DNA of 32,000 nt from Kiritimatiella glycovorans (GTDB taxonomy: Bacteria; Verrucomicrobiota; Kiritimatiellia; Kiritimatiellales; Kiritimatiellaceae): contig NZ_CP010904.1 of the NCBI RefSeq assembly GCF_001017655.1, forward strand, positions 2,670,001 through 2,702,000, written 5' to 3'. The notes under the pieces were generated by a model. It made no database searches, had not been told where the DNA came from, and saw only the letters and a program-made list of their open reading frames with translations. The position numbers and the translations under genes were made by a program. This document shows, piece by piece, positions 14,622 through 23,203 of the stretch. Each line of letters starts with the position of its first letter. Position 1 is the first letter of the stretch.

Positions 14622-14732
14622 GCGTTTTTTCGGAATCGACTCCTATGGCGTAACTTTATAGGTTGTTTCCGAAGGATAGAGCGAAAATGCGTCCGAAACC
14701 GTTTAACGACATGAACACGCGTGGAGCTTCGT

Positions 14733-15857
14733 ATGGGCGTTCCGTTTCTTGATCTCCGGGCCATGACAGACGAGGTAATGCCGGAGGCGATGCGTCGGAT
14801 CGAAGCGGTGTGCGCCTCGTCTGATTTTATCCTCGGCGAAGAACTGGAACGGTTCGAGACCGCCTTCGCCGACTACTGCGGCGCGCGACACGCGGTCGGA
14901 GTCGCCTCCGGGCTGGACGCGCTGAAACTCATTCTGCGGGCGTACGAGATCGGACCCGGCGATGAAGTGCTCGTCCCGGCTCACACCTTCGTCGCCACGG
15001 CGCTGGCGGTATCTGCGGTGGGTGCGCGTCCTGTACTCGTTGACATCGAACCGGACTTCTTCACGATCAATCCCGAGGCCCTGGCATCGGCGGTAACCTC
15101 GCGTACGCGGGCGGTGATCCCCGTGCATCTCTACGGTCAAACGGCGGACATGGACCCGGTCGTCGCGTTCGCACGCCATCATGGGCTGAAGGTGATCGAA
15201 GACGCGGCGCAGGCGCACGGCGCATCCTATGGCGGGAGGCGGGCGGGAGGTCTCGGCGACGCGGCGGCGTTCAGTTTCTACCCGGGCAAGAACCTCGGGG
15301 CCTTCGGCGACGGCGGGATGGTAACGACCGACGACGCCGCGTTGGCCGAGCGGGTGAAGACGCTGCGAAATTACGGATCGAGCCGTAAGTACTACCATGA
15401 GGAATTGGGTGAAAACAGCCGGCTCGACACCCTTCAGGCGGCGGTGCTGAACGTGAAGCTCGCGCGACTGGACGCCTGGAATGAGGGGCGGCGGAACGCG
15501 GCGCGGGGGTATGCCGAAGAACTGGCCGGTGCGGAGGGCCTCATCCTGCCGCGTGAACAAAAACCGGCAGGGCATGTCTACCATCTGTATGTGCTGCGCA
15601 GTGAAAGACGGGATTTACTGATGCGCAGGCTCGGCGAGTGCCGAATAGGCTGCCTCATTCACTACCCCGTACCCGTCCACCTGCAGAAGGCGTTCGCGTT
15701 CCTGGGGCATGAGAGAGGCGCCTTCCCGGAGGCGGAGCGGGCCGCGGACGAGGTGCTCTCGCTGCCGATGTTCCCGACGATGACCCGTGAACAGGTGAGC
15801 GAAGTGGCCGCTGCGGTGCGCGGAAAATCCTCCGGCGAAACCACGGAGGGCGCATGA
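14733..15857 (+). CDS. DegT/DnrJ/EryC1/StrS-family PLP-dependent sugar aminotransferase
   Basis: [80 protein letters not shown] and [11 protein letters not shown]. The track start 14721 is GTG; I use ATG 14733. Confidence 0.9.
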   Translation: MGVPFLDLRAMTDEVMPEAMRRIEAVCASSDFILGEELERFETAFADYCGARHAVGVASGLDALKLILRAYEIGPGDEVLVPAHTFVATALAVSAVGARPVLVDIEPDFFTINPEALASAVTSRTRAVIPVHLYGQTADMDPVVAFARHHGLKVIEDAAQAHGASYGGRRAGGLGDAAAFSFYPGKNLGAFGDGGMVTTDDAALAERVKTLRNYGSSRKYYHEELGENSRLDTLQAAVLNVKLARLDAWNEGRRNAARGYAEELAGAEGLILPREQKPAGHVYHLYVLRSERRDLLMRRLGECRIGCLIHYPVPVHLQKAFAFLGHERGAFPEAERAADEVLSLPMFPTMTREQVSEVAAAVRGKSSGETTEGA

Positions 15858-17281
15858 ACGCGTGTCGCGGAGAGGATCGGTCACAGGCGGACGGGGCGCC
15901 CTCAGGGGCACGGCTCGCAACAAACGCCCTCTCCCTGATGTTCTCCGACGGGCTGGTGCTTCTGATCGGTCTCCTGCTCGGCAATCTCATCCTGTTCTGC
16001 ATGCAGGGGGTGCCGATCTCGGTACGCTATTCCCTTATGATCATTCCCACCTGGTGGGCGGCGGCGATCCTTATCGGCCTCGTACCCGGCTGGGGGCTGG
16101 GTCCGGTCGAAGAGCTGCGGAGGATTGAACTGCTGCTGCTGGCGGTATTCGCGCTCGCCGGTGTCGCCTATTTCTTCAGCCGCGAACACGTGCTGCCCAG
16201 CCGCGTGGTCTACATCGCCTCCTACCTCTCCAGCGCCGCGCTGATACCTCTTCTTCGCTGCGGCATGCGTAAGCTGCTGACGATTCCGGGGTGGTGGGGC
16301 ACGGCGACTGCCGTGTACGGGAATGCCGATACGGTGCCGCGCATCATCGACGCGCTGCAGCGGGAACCGGAACTCGGATACCGGCCGACGGCGATTTTTT
16401 CCGACGATCTGGCCTGGGGTTCGCGTTTGAAGGGAATCCCGGTGCTCGGCGGCACGGACGAATCGACCGCGACCGCCGGGACGGCGATCGCCTCGCTGGC
16501 CCATTTCCCCGAACGGCGGCTGACGGCGTTCGTCGACGAGACGCTGAGCCGCTACCGGCGGGTCATCCTGCTGCCGGCGATCCACGAGAACGCCTTTTCC
16601 TGGGTGGTCCCGCGCAATTTCGGCGGCCTGATCGGGCTGGAAGTCACCAGCAACCTGCTCCGATCCAGTTCCCGCGCCATCAAGCTGGGATTCGAATACG
16701 GGTTCGTACTGATTACGCTGCCGCTGTGGCTTCCGCTGACGGTGCTGACGGCGCTGCTCGTGCTGGCGGTGGACCGTCACAAACCGTTCTATCTGCAACT
16801 GCGCCGCGGGCGGTTCAACCGCCCGTTCCGCGCGATCAAGCTGCAGACGATGGTGTCCGACGCCGAGGCGCGGCTCGAACAGGCCCTGCAGGAGAATCCG
16901 GCCCTGCGCGAGGAATGGAACGAACACTTCAAGCTGCGCGAAGACCCGCGCATCACGCCGCTGGGCCGTTATCTCCGGCGCTGGTCGCTGGACGAGCTTC
17001 CGCAGTTTTTGAACGTGCTGGCCGGGCAGATGGCCCTGGTCGGCCCCCGTCCGCTCCCCGAGTACCATCACGCCTCGCTCTCGGAAGAGGTGCTGGCCCC
17101 GCGTTACCGGGTGCGGCCCGGAATCACGGGGCTGTGGCAGGTCTCCGGGCGCAGTGAGGCCGCCCTGGAGGAAATGGAGAAACTCGACACTTTTTATGTG
17201 CGCAACTGGTCGGTCTGGCTGGATCTCGTGGTTCTCGCGCGCACCGTATCCGCGGTGATGATGAAACGCGGCGCGTACTGA
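15854..17281 (+). CDS. Polyprenyl-phosphate sugar phosphotransferase (bacterial sugar transferase family, WbaP-like large form)
   Basis: N-terminal TM helices. The C-terminal catalytic domain shows [37 protein letters not shown] and [17 protein letters not shown] overlap with the DegT stop. Confidence 0.88.
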   Translation: MNACRGEDRSQADGAPSGARLATNALSLMFSDGLVLLIGLLLGNLILFCMQGVPISVRYSLMIIPTWWAAAILIGLVPGWGLGPVEELRRIELLLLAVFALAGVAYFFSREHVLPSRVVYIASYLSSAALIPLLRCGMRKLLTIPGWWGTATAVYGNADTVPRIIDALQREPELGYRPTAIFSDDLAWGSRLKGIPVLGGTDESTATAGTAIASLAHFPERRLTAFVDETLSRYRRVILLPAIHENAFSWVVPRNFGGLIGLEVTSNLLRSSSRAIKLGFEYGFVLITLPLWLPLTVLTALLVLAVDRHKPFYLQLRRGRFNRPFRAIKLQTMVSDAEARLEQALQENPALREEWNEHFKLREDPRITPLGRYLRRWSLDELPQFLNVLAGQMALVGPRPLPEYHHASLSEEVLAPRYRVRPGITGLWQVSGRSEAALEEMEKLDTFYVRNWSVWLDLVVLARTVSAVMMKRGAY

Positions 17282-17292
17282 CCCCCCCTTGA

Positions 17293-18084
17293 ATGCTTAT
17301 GAAGCCTACACAACAGAGCCGGCCGCCGCGTTTTGATGTCCTGGGCGTGGGCGTGGACGCGATCGATATGAGCGATGCGCTGAGAGTCTTTGAGGAGGCG
17401 ATCGAGCGCGGCGGGGGGCATGATTATGCCTGTGCGCTGGGGGTGGCGGGGATTATGGAGGCGCGGCGCAACCCGGAGATGAGGCGAATTCTGAACGCCT
17501 CGATCCTGAATACGCCGGACGGGATGCCGCTGGTATGGCTGGGGAAGCTTCACGGCTACCGGAACATCCGGCGGGTCTACGGGCCGGACCTCTTGAATGA
17601 GGTCTGTGCGTATTCCGCGGGACGCGGATGGCGGCACTTCTTCTACGGCGCGGCGCCGGGCGTGGCCGATCAGCTCGCCGACGAGATGCGCCGGAGATAT
17701 CCCGGCATCGAGATCGCCGGGACGTATTGTCCTCCGTTCCGCGAACTGACGGAAGAGGAAGAAGAGGGGCTTTTCGCGCGGGTGCGCGAGGCCGGAACGG
17801 ATATCTTCTGGGTGGGGATCAGCACTCCGCGCCAGCTCTACTTCATGGGGAAGTACCGGGGCCGCATCCCGGCGAGAATCATCTGCCCGGTCGGGTACGC
17901 GTTCGATGTCCATGCCGGGGTCAAAAAAGACGCGCCGGAGTGGATCAAACACAGCGGATTCCAGTGGCTGCACCGCGCACTGACCGATCCGCGGCTGTGG
18001 TCGCGCTATCTGCGCGACAACCCGCGTTTCGCGGTCGAGGCCTTGCTGCAGTTGTGCCGGCTGAAGAAATTTCCCAAAGATTGA
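17293..18084 (+). CDS. WecB/TagA/CpsF-family glycosyltransferase (GT26)
   Basis: FDVLGVGVDAIDMSDALRVFEEAI, NTPDGMPLVWLGKLHG, FFYGAAPGVADQLADEM and FWVGISTPRQLYFM match the GT26 layout. Confidence 0.85.
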   Translation: MLMKPTQQSRPPRFDVLGVGVDAIDMSDALRVFEEAIERGGGHDYACALGVAGIMEARRNPEMRRILNASILNTPDGMPLVWLGKLHGYRNIRRVYGPDLLNEVCAYSAGRGWRHFFYGAAPGVADQLADEMRRRYPGIEIAGTYCPPFRELTEEEEEGLFARVREAGTDIFWVGISTPRQLYFMGKYRGRIPARIICPVGYAFDVHAGVKKDAPEWIKHSGFQWLHRALTDPRLWSRYLRDNPRFAVEALLQLCRLKKFPKD

Positions 18085-18098
18085 CGCAAGGCGCGAAA

Positions 18099-18158
18099 GG
18101 TAGGGACGGCTCTCCGCAGCCGTCCGGATTGCGGCGGTTTCGGAGAAACCGCCCTACC
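18099..18158 (+). other. Compact three-helix (Y-shaped) stem-loop element downstream of the GT26 gene
   Basis: Outer stem GGTAG (18099-18103) / CTACC (18154-18158). Hairpin 1: GGACGGCT (18104-18111) / AGCCGTCC (18118-18125). Hairpin 2: GGCGGTTTC (18133-18141) / GAAACCGCC (18145-18153). No U-tract follows, so it is not a canonical intrinsic terminator. Confidence 0.5.
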
Positions 18159-18215
18159 AAGACGCACAGGGCGGAGGAAGAAGGCAGACCTCAGGGCCCG
18201 ACCCTTAATCAAACA

Positions 18216-18244
18216 TTGCACAGCGAGCTAATATACTTTAAAAA
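18216..18244 (+). promoter_or_regulatory. Candidate sigma70-like promoter for the second phosphotransferase gene
   Basis: TTGCAC (18216-18221), a 17-nt spacer, then TAAAAA (18239-18244). It sits in the only AT-rich patch of the 214-bp gap. AAGGGGA lies upstream of ATG 18299. Confidence 0.3.
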
Positions 18245-18298
18245 ATCCGCCCTTATGGTCACCGGTCTGTTTTCGGGGGCAAGGGGAAAACCGCGTAG

Positions 18299-19750
18299 AT
18301 GAGAAAACTGCTCAAACGTTACGGCCGGAGTGCGAGTTATCTGCTGCTCATAGATTATCTCCTGATCGTCGGCACCTTTGGGGTCGCCCTGCGGTTCCGG
18401 CATTACGCCTTCGGCATGAACATCATCGATCTCGCTCACGGCGAGATCGTCCCCGAGGCGGCGTTTGTCTTCTTCTACGCCTTCTTCGGGCTGGGCCTCT
18501 TCAGTGCGTTCAACCTTTACAAGCGCAAGACGTGGATCTCGCTGCGATGGCATCAGCTCGGGATCATCGAAAGCACCGTGGTGTTTATCCTCATCTACGT
18601 GCTCTTCAAATCCATATTTAAGAGCGCAATCTTTCTGGAGTCCCGTCTGGTAACCTTCAACTGGGGTGTGCTGCTGCTGCTGGCGCTCAGTGCGCACCGG
18701 CTGATCCTGTTTCCGCTCATTTTGCGCTACGCCTCGAAAGCCGGGCTGCAGCGGCGGGTCGTGGTCATCGGCGACGGCCCGCTCGCAAAGGATTTCGTCC
18801 GGAAATGGAACGCGGGGCGGTATTCGACCATTGAGGTCCTCGGCCAGCTTACGGGACGCGGGGAAGAGGAGCGGGCGTTAAAGGACATCCCCCGCCTGGG
18901 CGATGTGGCTGATTTGCGCGAACTGATCGATCTGCACAAGATCGAGGGGGCAGTAATCGCGGAACCCGGCCTTACGCATCAGCAGCTCATGGATCTGATC
19001 GAGGAATGCGTGGGGCTGTTCGGCTGGGTGGATGTCCACTCGGCGAAATCGGCGGTCTGGCATGAGAAACTGAATGCCGACCTGCTCTTCGACATCCCGT
19101 TCGTGCGCTTACGCAGCATCCCGGACAATCCGCTTTACTTCGGGTACAAGCGTATGTTTGACGTGGTCGCCTCGTCGCTCGGCCTGCTGATCCTTTCCCC
19201 GGTCATGATCGGCACGGCCATCGCGATCAAGGTGACCTCCCCCGGCCCGGTCTTCTATGTGCGCGAGCGCGTCGGCAGTGGCGGCAGGCCCTTCAAGTTC
19301 TACAAGTTCCGCTCCATGGCCGTGGGAGCGGATAAGGACGAACAGCGGGCGAATGATATCGCCCGGTATATCGCGAACGGCGAAGGTCAGCAGAGCAAGG
19401 TGGTCAATACGGCCTATGTGACCCCGGTGGGACGCTTCATCCGCAAGTGGGCGATCGACGAACTCCCCCAGCTTTTCAACGTAATCAGGGGCGACATGTC
19501 CCTTGTCGGTCCGCGCCCCGTCCCGCCGGATGAATTCAATTTAAATGAGGAGTGGCACAAACGTCGCTTCGACATCAAACCGGGGTGCACGGGATTGTGG
19601 AAGCTCTACGCCAGCCGCGAGCGCGATACCTCATTCAACCAGACCTGCCTGTACGACCTCTACTACTCGAGGAACATGAACCCGCTGATGGATCTCTACA
19701 TCATCTTCGGAACCGTTTTCGTGATTCTCACGGGGCAGGCGGACGGCTGA
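18299..19750 (+). CDS. Polyprenyl-phosphate sugar phosphotransferase, second copy (EPS-type with central nucleotide-binding-like domain)
   Basis: KRMFDVVASSLGLLILSPVMIGTAIAIKVTSPGPVFYVRERVG, FKFYKFRSM, DELPQLFNVIRGDMSLVGPRP and PGCTGLW. Confidence 0.88.
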   Translation: MRKLLKRYGRSASYLLLIDYLLIVGTFGVALRFRHYAFGMNIIDLAHGEIVPEAAFVFFYAFFGLGLFSAFNLYKRKTWISLRWHQLGIIESTVVFILIYVLFKSIFKSAIFLESRLVTFNWGVLLLLALSAHRLILFPLILRYASKAGLQRRVVVIGDGPLAKDFVRKWNAGRYSTIEVLGQLTGRGEEERALKDIPRLGDVADLRELIDLHKIEGAVIAEPGLTHQQLMDLIEECVGLFGWVDVHSAKSAVWHEKLNADLLFDIPFVRLRSIPDNPLYFGYKRMFDVVASSLGLLILSPVMIGTAIAIKVTSPGPVFYVRERVGSGGRPFKFYKFRSMAVGADKDEQRANDIARYIANGEGQQSKVVNTAYVTPVGRFIRKWAIDELPQLFNVIRGDMSLVGPRPVPPDEFNLNEEWHKRRFDIKPGCTGLWKLYASRERDTSFNQTCLYDLYYSRNMNPLMDLYIIFGTVFVILTGQADG

Positions 19751-19752
19751 CT

Positions 19753-19769
19753 CCCCGAAGCCGGCGGGG
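19753..19769. terminator. Weak GC hairpin between convergent genes (possible bidirectional terminator)
   Basis: CCCCG-aagccgg-CGGGG sits in the 43-bp gap between stop 19750 (+) and stop 19794 (-). No U-tract. An alternative CCGAAG/CTTCGG pairing (19755-19760 with 19777-19782) is possible. Confidence 0.2.
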
Positions 19770-19793
19770 CTGAATCCTTCGGTGGCGTACTCT

Positions 19794-20393
19794 TCAGCTG
19801 GAGACCCGGCACAAACGGCCGTTTTCGATCCGATATCGCATCCCGCTCTGCGGATTCACGATCTGCCCGTCTTCCTCCGTTAACCGCGTGCCGTCGTAGT
19901 CCACGTATCCCGCGGGAGATGCCGGATTCCCGGTAACCAGGCGATGGGGTTCGATATCTTTTGTGACGACACTCCCGGCGCCGATCATGCAGTAACTGCC
20001 GAGGACGATGCCGGGGAGGATCGTAGCGTTGGCGCCGATACTAACCCCTTCCTCCACACGGGTCCTTACAAGCCAGTCCGCTTCATCGCGGCGGGATCCT
20101 TCCTGCGAAGGCATCCTCTGACTCCGCGGAAACAGATCGTTGGTAAATACCACCCCCGGCCCGATAAAGACGGAATCGGCCACCTCCACACCCTTCCAGA
20201 CCATGACCCCGTTCTTGATCGTAACGCCATCGCCGATCTTCGCTCCCGATTCGATGAATGCGTGGTCGCCGATATTGCAACGGGGCCCTATGGTCGCGCC
20301 TTCCATGACGTGGGCAAACGCCCAGATGCAGCTTCCCTCTCCGATGTGTTCCGATTCACATAAGGCATGAGGATGGACATATACGTCACGCAT
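19794..20393 (-). CDS. Left-handed beta-helix (hexapeptide-repeat) N-acetyltransferase, FdtC/QdtC/WlbB-like
   Basis: MRDVYVHPHALCESEHIGEGSCIWAFAHVMEGATIGPRCNIGDHAFIESGAKIGDGVTIKNGVMVW shows hexapeptide periodicity. The start is re-set from 20507 to ATG 20393, giving an 8-nt overlap with the upstream stop at 20386. Confidence 0.85.
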   Translation of the reverse strand: MRDVYVHPHALCESEHIGEGSCIWAFAHVMEGATIGPRCNIGDHAFIESGAKIGDGVTIKNGVMVWKGVEVADSVFIGPGVVFTNDLFPRSQRMPSQEGSRRDEADWLVRTRVEEGVSIGANATILPGIVLGSYCMIGAGSVVTKDIEPHRLVTGNPASPAGYVDYDGTRLTEEDGQIVNPQSGMRYRIENGRLCRVSS

Positions 20394-20928
20394 GGCCGGC
20401 TCCCTTCGACGAGGATCCCCTGAGGTGATCCCACGCACGGGCCTGACGATCGAATTCGTCGCGTTCACGTATATAATCCGCCTCATCGTACTCCATGTTC
20501 GCGACAATCAGAAACTGGGAATCGGGCGCGAACTCTGTCAGCGTGCGCCAGATGTGCGGGAAGAGCAGCAGGGCATGGATAGATTCCCCGTCATTCGCGA
20601 CGACGCGCGAGGCCCTTTCCTCGGCAGATCCCGAATCCGTGGAGCGATCCCCGACCAGCCGGACCTTATCTTCCGCGCCTTTCCCGTCATCGAGGATCAC
20701 GGTACAGCCGCCGCGAAGGCAGACCAGGATTTCCTCGGTCTCAAAATGAGCATGGCCGCCCCGGTGGTCGCTTGCATCCATGCCCGAGGTCCAGAGCACC
20801 TTGCCGATCCGGAACGGGAGCGCGTTATCCGGCCCCGCCCCCGGCTGGAACTGAACCAGCGATGCGCCGCCGCGACTGCGACGACGCGGGAACGTGAGGA
20901 CGCGGTAGAGCGGCCGCGTCACTAGCAT
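20386..20928 (-). CDS. WxcM/FdtA-like cupin, dTDP-4-keto-6-deoxyhexose 3,4-ketoisomerase
   Basis: ALPFRIGKVLWTSGMDASDHRGGHAHFETEEILVCLRGGCTVILDDGKG, LLFPHIWRTLTEFAPDSQFLIVANMEYDEADYIRERDEF is the FdtA/QdtA domain pattern. FdtA and QdtA stereochemistry cannot be told apart by eye. Confidence 0.8.
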   Translation of the reverse strand: MLVTRPLYRVLTFPRRRSRGGASLVQFQPGAGPDNALPFRIGKVLWTSGMDASDHRGGHAHFETEEILVCLRGGCTVILDDGKGAEDKVRLVGDRSTDSGSAEERASRVVANDGESIHALLLFPHIWRTLTEFAPDSQFLIVANMEYDEADYIRERDEFDRQARAWDHLRGSSSKGAGHA

Positions 20929-21866
20929 TCCCCCTTGGCCTTGAGGTACTTCTTATACAGCTTCACATACTCGGGCATATATTCGCGCAGGGTGGTGGTC
21001 GGCTCCCAACCCAGCGCGCGGATCTTGCTGCAGTCCACCGAATAGCGCCGGTCCTGGCCGACGCGGTTTTCGACATAGACCAGCGAATCCTTGTCGTGGC
21101 CCATCTCATCGAGAACGATCTGTACGGCTTCCAGTACGGAGTGTTCTTCGTTCGAGGAAATGTTGTAGACCTCACCCAGCTCGCCCTTCTCCATGAGCAG
21201 CAGGATCGCCCTCGCGTGATCGCCCGCGTAGAGCCATTCGCGCCGGTAACTGCCGTCGCCGTGGATCGTCATCGGTTTCCCGCTGAGCAGGAACTCGATC
21301 GTCTTCGCCAGGAGTTTCTCGGGGTACTGCCCGAACCCGTAGTTGTTGCAGGTGCGGCAGACCATGATCGGCAGCCCGTAGGTATTGCGCCAGCCGAGGA
21401 TAAGCTGTTCCGCGGCGGCCTTCGTCGCGGAGTAGGGATTGGACGGATTCAGCGGGTCGACTTCGGAGAAGCATCCGTCAAAAATGGTGCCGTAGACCTC
21501 ATCGGTCGAGACGTGGATCAACTTCGGTCGGTCGGTCTCGTCCTTGGACCGGACCAGCTCGAGCAGATTGTAGACCCCGCGTACATTGCTGTGAAAAAAG
21601 TCTTCGTTCGCCATGATCGAGTTGTCGACATGCGATTCCGCAGCGAAATTGATGATGTAGTCAATGTTCACCGGCAGGTGCTTGATTTCGCTGATGTCGT
21701 CCTCGATGAACTCGTAATGATCGCGCGAGTCGAAGTCGAGATCATCACGCGCCGCATAGGTCCGCTTATCGAGATTGATCACGTAATAGCCGGCCTGCAG
21801 CGCCGCCTCTACAAAATACGAGCCGATAAAACCGAGCCCGCCGGTGACCAGAATCTTTTTTCTCAT
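20922..21866 (-). CDS. rfbB: dTDP-glucose 4,6-dehydratase
   Basis: MRKKILVTGGLGFIGSYFV, HVSTDEVYG and YSATKAAAEQL (SDR Y-xxx-K). The track start 21869 is GTG. ATG 21866 has an AAGGA Shine-Dalgarno about 7 nt upstream. Confidence 0.9.
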   Translation of the reverse strand: MRKKILVTGGLGFIGSYFVEAALQAGYYVINLDKRTYAARDDLDFDSRDHYEFIEDDISEIKHLPVNIDYIINFAAESHVDNSIMANEDFFHSNVRGVYNLLELVRSKDETDRPKLIHVSTDEVYGTIFDGCFSEVDPLNPSNPYSATKAAAEQLILGWRNTYGLPIMVCRTCNNYGFGQYPEKLLAKTIEFLLSGKPMTIHGDGSYRREWLYAGDHARAILLLMEKGELGEVYNISSNEEHSVLEAVQIVLDEMGHDKDSLVYVENRVGQDRRYSVDCSKIRALGWEPTTTLREYMPEYVKLYKKYLKAKGEC

Positions 21867-22150
21867 CACTTTTCCTTCGGTTGATTATGCATCATTTCTG
21901 CTGAAAAACCGCTCACACGCGGCTATGGAAGCTCAGGCCGCTGATCGGAAGCAACCACGAACCGCACGAAATACCCAAAAACAAACGATCCTTCTTCCCG
22001 CCTTCTTTTCCTTCTGCGGTGGTTCTGCCGGGCAGCAGAAAGCCTGTCCGCCGAAAGCGCAAAGTGCTGAAGGCGGACCGATCACGCCCTATCTCCGGCG
22101 GCGCGCTCGGATATCACGCCCTACCGGCTCGCGAAACCGGCGCATCCGCT

Positions 22151-23113
22151 TCAACTCTCCCTCACCTGTTCCCCGACCCACCGGTACGTCTTTTCCATGC
22201 CCTTTCGCAAGGGCTGCACCGGGCGCCAGCCGAGTTTCTGTTCGATGCGCGTGTTTTCCGAATTGCGGCCGCGGACACCGAGCGGACCGGGGACGTGTTT
22301 GAGTCTGATCGACTTGCCGGCAATCTCCGCCGCCATGAGCGCGAGGTCGTTGATCGAGATCATTTCATCCGAGCCGATATTGAGCGGCCCCATGACATCC
22401 GATTCCATGAGCCTGCGTACCCCTTCTATGCATTCATCGATATAGAGGAACGAACGGGTCTGTTCACCGTCGCCCCAGATTTCGACTTCGCCACCCTCTT
22501 CTGCTTCAGCGACCTTGCGGCACATCGCGGCGGGGGCCTTTTCGCGCCCGCCCGTCCACGTTCCCTCGGGTCCGAAGATGTTGTGAAAGCGGGCGATGTG
22601 GATCTCCAGGCCGAAATTGCGGTGATAGGCCGCATACATGCGCTCGGAGAACAGCTTTTCCCAGCCGTACTCGGAGTCCGGCCTCGCGGGATAGACATCC
22701 GACTCCTTCAATCCGGGGTTGGACGTCTCCATCTGGATATCCTCCGGATACACGCATGCGGAAGAGGAGTAAAAGATCTTCCCGACCTTCTTACGGACGG
22801 CCTCGTGGACCACGTTCAGATTGCAAAGTGCGGAGTTGTGCATGATTGTGGCGTCGTTCTCGCCCGAGAAGACGAAGCCTGCGCCGCCCATATCCGCCGC
22901 AAACTGGTAGATCTCGTCCATCCCCTCGTCGATAACCCGCGCCACGACCTCCGGATCGCGCAGATCGCCCTGCACGAAATCGTCGGCGGGCAGGTCGCAG
23001 AACTCATGCTGTTTGATGTCCACGCCGCGGACCCAATAACCCTCATCCTTGAGGCGCTTCACCATATGGCCGCCGATAAACCCGCCGGCGCCGCAGACTA
23101 AAGCTGTTTTCAT
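22151..23113 (-). CDS. GDP-mannose 3,5-epimerase homolog (extended SDR)
   Basis: Strong blockwise resemblance to plant GME as I recall it: FYSSSACVYPE, GTWTGGREKAPAAMCRK, WGDGEQTRSFLYIDECIEGVRRL, NIGSDEMISINDL and PGPLGVRGRNSENTRIEQKLGW. Confidence 0.8.
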   Translation of the reverse strand: MKTALVCGAGGFIGGHMVKRLKDEGYWVRGVDIKQHEFCDLPADDFVQGDLRDPEVVARVIDEGMDEIYQFAADMGGAGFVFSGENDATIMHNSALCNLNVVHEAVRKKVGKIFYSSSACVYPEDIQMETSNPGLKESDVYPARPDSEYGWEKLFSERMYAAYHRNFGLEIHIARFHNIFGPEGTWTGGREKAPAAMCRKVAEAEEGGEVEIWGDGEQTRSFLYIDECIEGVRRLMESDVMGPLNIGSDEMISINDLALMAAEIAGKSIRLKHVPGPLGVRGRNSENTRIEQKLGWRPVQPLRKGMEKTYRWVGEQVRES

Positions 23114-23203
23114 TTCGACTCTCCCGTACTCATATGCATTTCAAATAGTACTTCCAGTTTTCCGTTCAAATCCGCGAAGGACAAGAAAAAGGGGCCTACC
23201 GTA

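Noticed and set aside
20394-20507. N-terminal extensions of minus-strand genes in the ORF track, with starts at 20507, 24253, 25193, 26053, 26928 and 30929.
   Set aside because: Each extension overlaps the 3' end of the upstream gene by 40-180 nt. Each is unlike the family N-terminus. Each also contains an internal ATG that gives an ATGA/TGATG or short overlap with the upstream stop.
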